Below, piece after piece: positions 55,656-64,000 of a stretch of DNA of 64,000 nucleotides. The position numbers were made by a program, and so were the translations under genes. Each line of letters starts with the position of its first letter. The first letter of the stretch is position 1. A model generated the notes under the pieces. It was not told where the DNA came from, made no database searches, and was given only the letters and a program-made list of their open reading frames with translations. Source of the stretch: Candidatus Nanopelagicaceae bacterium (lineage in GTDB: Bacteria; Actinomycetota; Actinomycetes; Nanopelagicales; Nanopelagicaceae); NCBI GenBank assembly GCA_018883345.1, contig VEQG01000007.1, positions 866 through 64,865 of the forward strand, read 5' to 3'.

Positions 55656-56220
55656 CCTGGGGTTGGTGGTATTTGCTTGCAATTTAGCCCCGATGTTTGC
55701 ACCACCTACTTGGTCGATTCTCGTATATTTCATAATTACCCATGAATTAAATACGGCAGCTGTAGTGCTTATCGGTGCGTTGGCGGCTGGACTAGGTAGG
55801 TATTTATTAGCTCTAGCCACACGTGCTTTACGAAATTACATTCCAGAAAAAGCTCGGAAGAATCTTTATGACGCAGGTCAAGTTTTAGAAACCGATAACA
55901 AAAGAAAATTTGGCACGTTAGCACTTTTTATTGTCTCTCCCCTGCCTTCAGCGCAACTTTTTGAAGCAGCAGGGTTAATGCATATGAATCTCAAAAGATT
56001 AACTTTGGCTTTCTTTTCTGGACGCATTTTTACATATACTTTTTACGCAACTTCTGCATCTCAATTAAAGGCTACTGATTTGGGTAATGTAATAAGTAAC
56101 GCCTTTAAATCACCCTATGCTTGGGCGCTCCAATTATTCTCAATTGGAATTATTTATTTGATTTCTAGAATTGACTGGCGAAAGCACCTTAAGCCAACAA
56201 ATCACGCACAATTGGAATAA
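55642..56220 (+). CDS. Membrane protein, possibly DedA/VTT-domain-like
   Basis: 192 aa, about 5 TM helices. Weak resemblance only. 14-nt overlap with the upstream gene suggests co-translation. Confidence 0.4.
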   Translation: MNLISLGLVVFACNLAPMFAPPTWSILVYFIITHELNTAAVVLIGALAAGLGRYLLALATRALRNYIPEKARKNLYDAGQVLETDNKRKFGTLALFIVSPLPSAQLFEAAGLMHMNLKRLTLAFFSGRIFTYTFYATSASQLKATDLGNVISNAFKSPYAWALQLFSIGIIYLISRIDWRKHLKPTNHAQLE

Positions 56221-57214
56221 CTTTAGTTCCATAAAGTTCCAGGCACCTCATTAATTGTGCCTGAGTTTGTGGTCCATTTGCATATTTAAAGTCGAAACGA
56301 TTCGCTCCAACTGACTTAACGGCATATGCAATTTTCTTTGCGACAGTTTCTGGCGAACCTACATATAACGAACCATATTGAACTTCTTGCAAGAAATGAT
56401 CTTTAGTCATCGGTGCCCAGCCTCGTTCGCGGCCGATACGTCCAAACATTGCAAAATGGTTTGGCCAATGTGTCTCGATTGCCTCTTCATCGGTTTCTGC
56501 CACATAACCAGGTGAATGAATTGAGATGCTCTTGGAAGCATGTCCGAATTCAGACATCGCTTGGTGATAAAGCTGCGCAAATGGCGCAAAGCGAGCTGGG
56601 TCCCCACCAATGATGGCCAGCGCTAAATGCAGATTTAGGCGGGCTGCTCTAACTACAGATTCTGGAGTGCCACCAACACCAACACGTAAAGGAATCGCTC
56701 CACTTTCGCTCTTTGGGTAAACCTCTTGATTATTAAGTGGCGCTCTCAGTTGGCCAGCCCAGGTAACCGGTCTCTCCTTAAGCAATTCAACTAATAGCTC
56801 TAGCTTTTCTTCAAACAAATTTCCGTAATCTTGTAAGTCATATCCAAATAGCGGAAATGATTCAATAAATGATCCACGGCCAGCCGTAATTTCCGCACGA
56901 CCATTTGATAACGCATCTACAGTGGAAAATCTCTGGAAAACACGAACTGGGTCATCGCTTGATAAAACCGTGACGCCTGATCCCAATGTAATTTGCTTTG
57001 TACGTGTCGCAATTCCTGCAAGCACCGAATCTGGTGCTGAAACTGCAAAATCATCGCGATGGTGTTCACCAATATTAAAATGATTAATTCCTAATTGATC
57101 AGCAAAGACTGCTTGTTCTACTAAATTTCTGATGGTTTGAGCAGCTGTAATTGGATTACCTTGATCATCAGACTGCATATCCCCGAAAGTATCGAGGCCA
57201 AAGGTAATAGTCAT
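56189..57214 (-). CDS. LLM-class (luciferase-like) flavin-dependent oxidoreductase
   Basis: 341 aa with a typical LLM N-terminus (FGLDTF...NLVEQAVFADQLGINHFNIGEHH). Confidence 0.8.
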   Translation of the reverse strand: MTITFGLDTFGDMQSDDQGNPITAAQTIRNLVEQAVFADQLGINHFNIGEHHRDDFAVSAPDSVLAGIATRTKQITLGSGVTVLSSDDPVRVFQRFSTVDALSNGRAEITAGRGSFIESFPLFGYDLQDYGNLFEEKLELLVELLKERPVTWAGQLRAPLNNQEVYPKSESGAIPLRVGVGGTPESVVRAARLNLHLALAIIGGDPARFAPFAQLYHQAMSEFGHASKSISIHSPGYVAETDEEAIETHWPNHFAMFGRIGRERGWAPMTKDHFLQEVQYGSLYVGSPETVAKKIAYAVKSVGANRFDFKYANGPQTQAQLMRCLELYGTKVIPIVRDLLA

Positions 57215-57801
57215 CAGTTAAGAGAAAAGCTTGGATATTTATCTGTAACTAGGGCAATTGCGTATCCATAAACACGATTCCAATATCGAATTGTATTTAA
57301 AGTTATTTCTCCGGCCCATGCTGGGTAAGAACCAGTTAAAGATGTCAATGCCCAAGCAAGTACCGTTGCGATAAAAGTTAGTGCCATATAGAAAAAACCG
57401 ACTAAGTAAAGTGGAATAGCTAGAAACCATTTAACTAGCGGCAACCAGCGATTTAATTTCTTGCCACCTTCCACGTCTGGGAAGATCACAGCCACTTTAG
57501 AATTTCGCTCGAAAGTTGGGTATTCATCTGTAAGCAAGAAAAAGTAAGCAGCAAATCGTGTGCCAAATTCCATTACTGCATGATTGAAAGTCAAAAGCCA
57601 GCTTGGGTAGATATTTCTAGCAACCAATGCAGCCGCTACCGGAGCTGCAAGAACCAAGGTTCCCCACTCACTTTCAGCCATTTGCCCAAAGAGATAAATG
57701 AATAGAAACACTGGCAAACTCAAAAAGAATCGGAATAAGACTGTCGCGCGATTGCGATTTTCTAGTGAAATTTCTACTTGAGTTTCGATTTGATTTAGCA
57801 T
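57214..57801 (-). CDS. DUF4389-like membrane protein
   Basis: 195 aa. RWLPLVKWFLAIPLYLV...YPAWA...RYWNRV...TDKYPSF pattern. Confidence 0.5.
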   Translation of the reverse strand: MLNQIETQVEISLENRNRATVLFRFFLSLPVFLFIYLFGQMAESEWGTLVLAAPVAAALVARNIYPSWLLTFNHAVMEFGTRFAAYFFLLTDEYPTFERNSKVAVIFPDVEGGKKLNRWLPLVKWFLAIPLYLVGFFYMALTFIATVLAWALTSLTGSYPAWAGEITLNTIRYWNRVYGYAIALVTDKYPSFSLN

Positions 57802-57912
57802 GGGTTAAGTTTATAACTAATTACAACTACTTCCTATTTGCAAAAAGTTCGCGTTTAGTCTTTTTTGGGCTACTTCTCTAAAATTCCCCCATTCTTCAAA
57901 TAAGGAGCAAAA

Positions 57913-58842
57913 ATGAAGGTCCATTCCGATATTACAAAGATTGTTGGCAATACTCCGCTAGTTCGAATTAATCATGTAACTGATGGAGCTGCTGCAGAAG
58001 TTTATGCAAAGCTTGAATTTTATAATCCAACAAGTACTGTTAAAGATCGTATCGGTATTGCAATGGTGGATGCTGCGGAAGCAGCAGGTGCATTGAAACC
58101 AGGCGGCACAATTGTTGAAGCAACTTCTGGAAATACTGGAATCGCACTTGCAATGGTTGGTGCTGCACGTGGTTACAAAACAATTCTTACTATGCCTGAT
58201 TCAATGTCAAAGGAACGTCGCGCTTTGCTACGCGCATTCGGCGCAGAGTTAGTTCTGACTCCTGCTGCTGAAGGCATGAAAGGTGCGGTTGCAAAGGCAG
58301 AAGAGTTAGGCGCTAAAGATGGCGCAGTATTGGTTCGTCAATTTGAGAATGCTGCAAACCCAGAGATACATCGTAAGACTACTGCTCAAGAAATTTGGAA
58401 TGATACAGATGGAAAAGTTGCTGCATTAGTTGCAGGCATTGGAACCGGTGGAACAATTACCGGAATTGGACAAGTTCTTAAAGAGAAGAATCCTGATGTA
58501 AAAGTTTTTGCAGTTGAACCAGCTGCATCACCAATTCTCAATGGAGGATCTCCTTCAGGTCATCCAATCCAAGGTATTGGCCCAAACTTCGTCCCACCGA
58601 TTCTCGACACAAAGGTGTATGACGAAGTGCTTGATGCTCCAAGTGATGAGGCGATTAATTACGCACGTCGCGCTGCAAAAGAAGAAGGTCTACTAGTTGG
58701 AATCTCTTCGGGTGCTGCTCTTTGGGGTGCAGCTCAAATTGCTAAGCGACCTGAATTCGCAGGAAAAATCATTGTTGTGATTATTCCTTCATTCGGTGAG
58801 CGCTATCTGTCGACAGTGCTTTACCAAGATTTAATGGATTAA
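57913..58842 (+). CDS. cysK: Cysteine synthase A (O-acetylserine sulfhydrylase)
   Basis: 309 aa. [29 protein letters not shown] and [10 protein letters not shown] motifs. AAGGAG RBS. Confidence 0.9.
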   Translation: MKVHSDITKIVGNTPLVRINHVTDGAAAEVYAKLEFYNPTSTVKDRIGIAMVDAAEAAGALKPGGTIVEATSGNTGIALAMVGAARGYKTILTMPDSMSKERRALLRAFGAELVLTPAAEGMKGAVAKAEELGAKDGAVLVRQFENAANPEIHRKTTAQEIWNDTDGKVAALVAGIGTGGTITGIGQVLKEKNPDVKVFAVEPAASPILNGGSPSGHPIQGIGPNFVPPILDTKVYDEVLDAPSDEAINYARRAAKEEGLLVGISSGAALWGAAQIAKRPEFAGKIIVVIIPSFGERYLSTVLYQDLMD

Positions 58843-58851
58843 AATCCCTAA

Positions 58852-59349
58852 GTGTTTAAAACTATTAGAGAAGACCTCGAAACTGCATTAAAGCGCGACC
58901 CAGCGGCGCGCAATAAGTTAGAGGTCTTTCTTACTTATCCAGGGGTACATGCGGTTTGGAACTATCGAATTTCGCATTGGCTTTGGCAGAGAAATGTAAA
59001 ACTGTTGGCAAGAATGTTTTCAAACAGAGCACGTCGACGCACCGGAATTGAAATCCATCCTGGTGCAACTATTGGACGTCGCTTCTTCATAGATCATGGC
59101 ATTGGTGTGGTTATTGGAGAAACCACTCAGATCGGTGATGATGTCATGCTCTATCACAACGTAACTTTGGGTGCGCGACGTTTCGCAACTGGAAAACGTC
59201 ATCCAACCATTGGAAACCGAGTAATTATCGGAGCTGGTGCAAAAATTCTTGGCCCGGTCAATATCGCTGATGATGCACGCGTTTCCTATAACAGCGTCGT
59301 AATTGAAGACGTCAAAAAGACCAACGATTCAGATATTTTCTATATTTAA
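58852..59349 (+). CDS. cysE: Serine O-acetyltransferase (short form)
   Basis: 165 aa. DPAA...[17 protein letters not shown] plus hexapeptide repeats ([19 protein letters not shown]). Lies next to cysK. GTG start. Confidence 0.8.
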   Translation: MFKTIREDLETALKRDPAARNKLEVFLTYPGVHAVWNYRISHWLWQRNVKLLARMFSNRARRRTGIEIHPGATIGRRFFIDHGIGVVIGETTQIGDDVMLYHNVTLGARRFATGKRHPTIGNRVIIGAGAKILGPVNIADDARVSYNSVVIEDVKKTNDSDIFYI

Positions 59350-59364
59350 TCGTAGACTCCAGAT

Positions 59365-60108
59365 ATGGAGCAGCATCTTTCAGGTCAAGAAATCTCAAAT
59401 TTCTTAGCATCTCGCCGTAGTACTCGCGATTTTCTACCTACTCCGATACCGCAAGAACTCTTGGAGCAAGTATTAACAGATGCATTGACGGCGCCTAGCT
59501 GGTCAAATACTCGACCATTTATGATTGCGGTAGCTGAAGGCGAAGTTAAAGAACGAATCAGTGCGGAATTTCAAAAACGCTGGGCTTATTTATCTAAACA
59601 ATTAAAGTCTGGCATTATCGGAAAAATTAGGTTGCTTATCACTAGATACGGCTTACCAACAAGCAATCGCATTATTAGTAAGCCTTATTCAAAAGATCTG
59701 CAACCGAGAGCGATGAGGCTTGGAGCCGATCTTTACGGTCATTACGGAATCAAGAGAGAAGATCGTGAAGCGAGAGATAATTGGTGGGCTGCAAACTATA
59801 AATTCTTTGGTGCTCCAACGGAATTATTTGTTTATGTACACAAGAGTTTAGGTATTTATGCAGCCAACGATGCAGGTTTGATGATGGAGAATTTAATTCT
59901 CTCTGCCCATGGCCATGGTTTAGGTACATGCCCGCAAGGCGCAGTAGGAATTTGGGATGATGTCGTTCGAAAAGAATTTGATATTCCAAAGAATTATCGA
60001 CTGTTGTGCGGAGTTGCTATTGGTTACCCAAGTAGTTCAAATGCAAATGCCTTTAAAGCAAACCGAATTGCACCTTCAGAAATTAAAGCAAAGCTCAAAG
60101 AAGATTAA
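59365..60108 (+). CDS. Nitroreductase-family flavoprotein
   Basis: 247 aa. RRSTRDF...PSWSNTRPF N-terminal motif and a C-terminal GYP region. Confidence 0.75.
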   Translation: MEQHLSGQEISNFLASRRSTRDFLPTPIPQELLEQVLTDALTAPSWSNTRPFMIAVAEGEVKERISAEFQKRWAYLSKQLKSGIIGKIRLLITRYGLPTSNRIISKPYSKDLQPRAMRLGADLYGHYGIKREDREARDNWWAANYKFFGAPTELFVYVHKSLGIYAANDAGLMMENLILSAHGHGLGTCPQGAVGIWDDVVRKEFDIPKNYRLLCGVAIGYPSSSNANAFKANRIAPSEIKAKLKED

Positions 60109-60111
60109 TCT

Positions 60112-61089
60112 TTAGCCAAACAAAGCTAGAGCAATTTCAAGATATAACGGAATTCCGATAATTAAATTAAACGGGAATGTAACTCCGATGCTAGACATCA
60201 AAGCCAATCCTGCATTTGCCTCTGGAATTCCGATTGAAACTGCAGCTGGCGCAGCTATGTAAGAGGCGCTTGCGCTAAGAACGCCCAACATCGTGGCGCC
60301 ACCTATTGATAACCCAGCAAAGTGTCCAACTATCACACCTAAAGTGCCGGCAAGAATTGGGAAAACTATGGCAAATATGCCGACAGATAAACCAACTCTA
60401 CGAATTTCTGACCATCTGCTTCCTGCCAAGTAGCCCAGGTGAAGTAAGAACAAAGTAAGTAAGCCAAATTGCAGATCAATGAAAAATGGTGAAACTTTCT
60501 GGTAACCGGCAGCGCTTGTTATTGCGCCAATTACAAGACCGCCTACTAGCAAAAGTATGGTCTTTCCGGTGATGACTTCATGCATGGTCTTGCCCCATTG
60601 CACATCTTTTTTGGTATGTCTTGCACCCAGATAAACGCCAACGACGATTCCGGGGATCTCCATAATTGTTAACAGAGCGGTTGCGGAACCTTCTACTTTA
60701 ATTCCGCTGTTTTCGAGAAAAAGTAATGCGGCCGAAAAGGTAACTAATGAGGTAGAGCCGTAATGTGCTGCAATCGCGCCTCTATCCAAATCGTTAATGT
60801 TCTTTATCAATTTCAAAGTTAAGAAAGCAAGAATTGGTATTAATACACCAAGAAACAAAGTGCCGAATACTGGCTTGATAATTGAATCAAAGCTTGTTTC
60901 TTTTAAGGCATGACCACCTTTTAGACCAATTCCAAAGAGTAAAAATATGGAGATCATTTGATAAATAGAATCCGGAATTCTTACATCGCTTTTTAGTCTG
61001 GCTCCCAGAATTCCTAGTACAAATATTAGAGTCGCTACCGAAGTTAAATTCTCAATTGTTACAGCCGAAATGCTCAAGAGTTCCTCCAA
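60112..61089 (-). CDS. Sbt/DUF897-family permease (sodium-dependent bicarbonate transporter-like)
   Basis: About 321-325 aa, 10 TM helices. ARLKSD..IPD.IY..IS..LLF.IGLKGG motif. The start is an alternative codon (TTG at 61089, or the TTG at 61077 behind GGAGGA). Confidence 0.6.
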   Translation of the reverse strand: MEELLSISAVTIENLTSVATLIFVLGILGARLKSDVRIPDSIYQMISIFLLFGIGLKGGHALKETSFDSIIKPVFGTLFLGVLIPILAFLTLKLIKNINDLDRGAIAAHYGSTSLVTFSAALLFLENSGIKVEGSATALLTIMEIPGIVVGVYLGARHTKKDVQWGKTMHEVITGKTILLLVGGLVIGAITSAAGYQKVSPFFIDLQFGLLTLFLLHLGYLAGSRWSEIRRVGLSVGIFAIVFPILAGTLGVIVGHFAGLSIGGATMLGVLSASASYIAAPAAVSIGIPEANAGLALMSSIGVTFPFNLIIGIPLYLEIALALFG

Positions 61090-61160
61090 TAGCAGTTGGC
61101 GAATATTACCAAGTATTTATCTTGAGTAAATTCAGATTACCTAAAGAAGAGAAAGAAGAA

Positions 61161-61373
61161 CTACAAGCCCTGTTTCTTTCTGAAATATGCAACTAACGCA
61201 TTTGCGTGGCCATGACCCATTTCAAATTTTTCCTTCAAATGTGCAACTTGTTCCATATGAGCTAATTTTGAAACTTTCTTAAGCTCCTTCATCCAATGTT
61301 CAATTGGCTTTCCATACTTCTTCTCTATAGAAGGAAAATATGAAGCCGGACCCATTACTTTTTTCTCTGCCAT
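61161..61373 (-). CDS. DUF4287-like small protein
   Basis: About 70 aa from MAEKKVMGPASYF...KKYGKPIEHW...GHGHANALV. The longer ORF-track start (61463) would overlap the SMR gene. Confidence 0.5.
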   Translation of the reverse strand: MAEKKVMGPASYFPSIEKKYGKPIEHWMKELKKVSKLAHMEQVAHLKEKFEMGHGHANALVAYFRKKQGL

Positions 61374-61443
61374 TGTTAAAGTGTAATTGAAATCTTTGAC
61401 TGTGGTTAAATCTTTACAATTTAGGTTTTCTGGATGGGTTAAC

Positions 61444-61767
61444 TTAGTGACTAGCTCCTCCAAGGTTCATTACAACAACGCCTACGATAATTATTGCCAT
61501 GCCAAGCATAGAAACCTTACTTATTTCTTGATTGAAAAATACGTATCCTCCAATTGCGGCGCCAATAATTCCTACTCCAGACCAGATTGCATATGTGATT
61601 CCAACATCCAATTTCTTAAGAGAAACGGCCATAAGCGCAAAGGCACTCGCATATCCAACTAAGACTCCAATCGACGGCCACAATTTACTCAAGCCATCAC
61701 TTGCTTTAAGCGAGAGCGTTCCAAACACTTCAGCAACAATTGCTACTGAAAGCAATAACCAAGGCAT
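61444..61767 (-). CDS. SMR-family small multidrug/quaternary-cation efflux protein
   Basis: 107 aa, 4 TM helices. The conserved membrane Glu sits in AIVAEVFGTLSLK. YAIWSGVG motif. Confidence 0.85.
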   Translation of the reverse strand: MPWLLLSVAIVAEVFGTLSLKASDGLSKLWPSIGVLVGYASAFALMAVSLKKLDVGITYAIWSGVGIIGAAIGGYVFFNQEISKVSMLGMAIIIVGVVVMNLGGASH

Positions 61768-61797
61768 TAGATCTCATTTCTCTTCGTCGAGCTAAAC

Positions 61798-62940
61798 CTA
61801 GACCATTTTCCGACTAATATGCATTAATTTCTCTAAAGGACCTTGTCTATAAATTTTTAACCAAAGTGATGATAAATAGACGAGGGTGAGCCAAATTCCT
61901 AATGCAAGAATTAAAACTACCCAAGTGGGTAATTCTTGAAATAGCCCAAAACCCCAGGATCCAAAAATAATAGAAGTTAATACTGACTGGGAAATGTAAT
62001 TTGTGAGGGACATTCGGCCTGCAGATGCCATCCAAGACACAACTTTAGGTCTGATAAATACTAGTTTACGGATAACTCCTACATATGCCATTGAGAGTAA
62101 GGGTGCAGATATAAAGCCAATAAATAGTGTCGCCAAATAAAGCGCTTCAGAAGTTTCATCCGCTTGTTCATTTAGGACCATTAAAAAAGCTGCAATTACC
62201 TGTATTGGTAGCCCGATTAAGAATCCAATTTTAATCATTCGAGAATTTTGAACTTCATCTATAGGGGCAGAAAGAAAATTGCTTCTAGCCAATCTCAAGC
62301 CGAGAAGAAATGCAGCAAATGCCATTCCTCCTTGTAAGAATATTCCAGTAATCAGTCCAAGACTCCAAAGTTCGACACGTGGTGCAATGGATTCAAGATA
62401 TGTACCATTTCTCATAACCTCATCAAGACTCGGTTCAATATATCCACTATTGATTGGTTCGTTAGAATATTGTTCTGCAAGTAACAAAATTGATGTAATA
62501 ATAGTTATAAATAATCCTGATACTCCGTAAATTATGCGTGTCCAAATTTTTATTACACGATCAGATCTGAACATAAATGCTAAGAGAATTAACCCAAATA
62601 GTCCGTAGAGAAAAATGATGTCACCATGCCACAAAAATGTAAAGTGAATTGCACCAAAAGCCATCAATGTGAAGCACCGCTTTATCCAGCGTCCTCTATT
62701 AGCTTTATCATTCTTGATAATGTAACTAGAACTGTATCCAAATAAAAAAGAGAATAGTAGGTAAAACTTTCCAGTAAAAAAGGCTGCGATTAGGAAAGTT
62801 GCTAAACCATTGGCAAATCCGTTAGTCCATTCGCCGCGAGCTCCTTCATCGCTGCTCAAGCCCATAAATTGAATGTTCACTGCAAGAATTCCAAGAAGCG
62901 AGAATCCTCGAAGAACATCAGGTGTTATTTCACGTTGCAT
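61798..62940 (-). CDS. DUF418 (YeiB-like) membrane protein
   Basis: 380 aa, multi-TM. N-terminal DVLRGFSLLGILAVN and C-terminal GRMSLTNYI...GPLE motifs. Confidence 0.65.
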   Translation of the reverse strand: MQREITPDVLRGFSLLGILAVNIQFMGLSSDEGARGEWTNGFANGLATFLIAAFFTGKFYLLFSFLFGYSSSYIIKNDKANRGRWIKRCFTLMAFGAIHFTFLWHGDIIFLYGLFGLILLAFMFRSDRVIKIWTRIIYGVSGLFITIITSILLLAEQYSNEPINSGYIEPSLDEVMRNGTYLESIAPRVELWSLGLITGIFLQGGMAFAAFLLGLRLARSNFLSAPIDEVQNSRMIKIGFLIGLPIQVIAAFLMVLNEQADETSEALYLATLFIGFISAPLLSMAYVGVIRKLVFIRPKVVSWMASAGRMSLTNYISQSVLTSIIFGSWGFGLFQELPTWVVLILALGIWLTLVYLSSLWLKIYRQGPLEKLMHISRKMV

Positions 62941-62943
62941 TTG

Positions 62944-63489
62944 CTAAATATCTCGCTCGCGCCAAGCTATAACCATCGATGGCAAAGAGGCATAGGCAAA
63001 TAGCGTTGCAATGAGTAGATAACTGCCATCATTAGCTGTATCGCTAAAAAGGCTTATTTCTGGTCCGAAAATGTAAAGCAGCAACAAAGTTATCAAAAGG
63101 TAGCCAGAGATCAGATACGCGTACCTATATGAGGTATCCCTGACCCTCACTTGCCTTTCATCTAGAAGCTCTGTAGGGGCATCTGCAATCCCACGAACTG
63201 CAATGCGTAGAAGGCTGTATCCAACAAGAACAGCAAATAAAAGGAACAGAACAGCAACTGTCAGCCAGACTATCTCTGCACTTCCATCAAGACGAAGTTC
63301 TTCTTTTAGGCCACTGTAATATGAACCCATTGCGGTAACGATGATTCCCATAGCCATAAATAGGACAAGTACCCGTCGATTGCGTTGCCGACGCAACCAT
63401 GAAAACCTGGAATTCTCGTCATTCAGCAGAGATTTAACTCCTTTCTCGGTAACGCCCTCTAACCAATAAATCTTGTTTTTATTAGACAT
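62944..63489 (-). CDS. Hypothetical 4-TM membrane protein
   Basis: 181 aa. No recognisable motif. Lies 2 nt downstream of the XRE regulator gene. Confidence 0.45.
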   Translation of the reverse strand: MSNKNKIYWLEGVTEKGVKSLLNDENSRFSWLRRQRNRRVLVLFMAMGIIVTAMGSYYSGLKEELRLDGSAEIVWLTVAVLFLLFAVLVGYSLLRIAVRGIADAPTELLDERQVRVRDTSYRYAYLISGYLLITLLLLYIFGPEISLFSDTANDGSYLLIATLFAYASLPSMVIAWRERDI

Positions 63490-63491
63490 CT

Positions 63492-63725
63492 TTACTTGCC
63501 TTTCTTCAGTGGTGTTAAGGAAAAGAGCTCTGATACCTCTTGATTCAGTGACTTAGCAATACGCAAAGCAAGTACAAGTGAGGGGCTGTATTCCTCGCGC
63601 TCTAGGTATCCAATGGTTTGGTAATGCACGCCTGCTTTATCGGCTAGATCTTGCCTTGATAGCCCCAAGGCAACACGGGCTTCTTCAATACGGTTATAGA
63701 CCGGTTCTTCAGGGTTGCGACTCAT
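63492..63725 (-). CDS. XRE/Cro-family helix-turn-helix transcriptional regulator
   Basis: 77 aa. RIEEARVALGLSRQDLADKAGVHYQTIGYLE is a classic HTH_3 pattern. Confidence 0.8.
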   Translation of the reverse strand: MSRNPEEPVYNRIEEARVALGLSRQDLADKAGVHYQTIGYLEREEYSPSLVLALRIAKSLNQEVSELFSLTPLKKGK

Positions 63726-63771
63726 AAGAAATAGTATATATGCTATGTAGCATTAATGCAACATCAATGGA

Positions 63772-63802
63772 GAAGGTCCCCACGATTTTCGTGAGGACCT
63801 TC
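63772..63802 (-). terminator. Stem-loop immediately 3' of rnpB (probable terminator/processing hairpin)
   Basis: GAAGGTCCCCACG-ATTTT-CGTGAGGACCTTC gives a 13-bp stem with one mismatch. There is no strong U-tract on the minus strand. Confidence 0.5.
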
Positions 63803-63807
63803 ATGTT

Positions 63808-64000
63808 TAATTGAGTTGCCCTATAAGCCGGATTCTGTGATCGATCACCATCCATCTAGGTTTGTTATTACTAACAAACTCAAGCAACCTACCCGTTAAC
63901 TCGAGCGAGCAGCTCTCAAACGCTAACTACATGGTCTTGCTCCAAGCGAGGTTTACCTAGCTACCTGTATTGCTACAGATACTGGTGGTCTCTTACACCA
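63808..64000 (-). ncRNA. rnpB: RNase P RNA (bacterial type A), 3' portion; the 5' part lies beyond the window edge
   Basis: The reverse complement reads GGTAAACCTCGCTTGGAGCAAGACCA...CGGGTAGGTTGCTTGAG...CCTAGATGGATG...CACAGAATCCGGCTTATAGGGCAACTC. This matches block-for-block the E. coli M1 RNA 3' half (GGUAAACUCCACCCGGAGCAAGGCCA, GGGUAGGCUGCUUGAG, CCUAGAUGAAUG, ACAGAACCCGGCUUAUCGGUCAG). Confidence 0.88.

Noticed and set aside
59365-63725. An impression of lower GC, suggesting a horizontally acquired islet, across the nitroreductase-to-XRE region.
   Set aside because: I cannot compute GC or codon statistics reliably by eye. There are no flanking repeats, no tRNA and no mobility genes. A sliding-window GC/tetranucleotide analysis would be needed before claiming anything.
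1-64000. CRISPR arrays, transposases, integrases, phage genes, toxin-antitoxin or known defence systems, tRNA/rRNA genes.
   Set aside because: The window has no spaced direct repeats, no recombinase-like ORFs and no non-coding gap larger than about 120 nt except the rnpB region. Every sizeable ORF has a metabolic, transport or regulatory assignment.

Overview
Gene-dense bacterial chromosome segment, nearly all coding, with many 1-8 nt gene overlaps. GC is roughly 40-45% by eye. The protein set looks actinobacterial (freshwater low-GC type), but that is inference only. I saw no rRNA, tRNA, CRISPR array, transposase or integrase. The only RNA gene is a partial RNase P RNA (rnpB, minus strand) cut by the right edge. 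The core of the window (about 13.5-46.3 kb) is one contiguous choline/glycine-betaine catabolism and C1-oxidation supercluster. It contains betA-fdhD and an operon starting with a non-pyrrolysine MttB-family methyltransferase fused into betB-opuA (betaine ABC importer). A divergent operon encodes IclR, a corrinoid protein, MetV/MetF, a methyl-THF:corrinoid methyltransferase, a RACo/RamA-type reductive activase and DUF1638. A convergent 11 kb operon encodes GntR, dimethylglycine dehydrogenase, etfBA, formate-THF ligase and an NAD-type formate dehydrogenase fdsGBA carrying an FdsD-like C-terminal fusion. Next to it is a complete molybdate uptake and Moco (bis-MGD) biosynthesis chain. The most interesting point is that a corrinoid-dependent quaternary-amine demethylation system sits inside what otherwise looks like a respiratory pathway. 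To my knowledge this chemistry has been characterised only in strict anaerobes. Left flank (0-13.5 kb): an uncharacterised IclR/ADH/ABC-importer/enolase-superfamily/PLP-enzyme cluster and an aldehyde dehydrogenase-malate synthase pair. Right flank (46-64 kb): a homocysteine methyltransferase-phosphatidylcholine synthase-MgtC operon, an acetylpolyamine deacetylase/SSAT-like GNAT pair with overlapping 3' ends, an ABC-2 exporter, a TPCP-motif P1B ATPase, cysK-cysE and assorted membrane proteins. Many ORF-track starts are over-extended. Where a downstream start gives an ATGA-type coupling or a Shine-Dalgarno match, I report the refined start.
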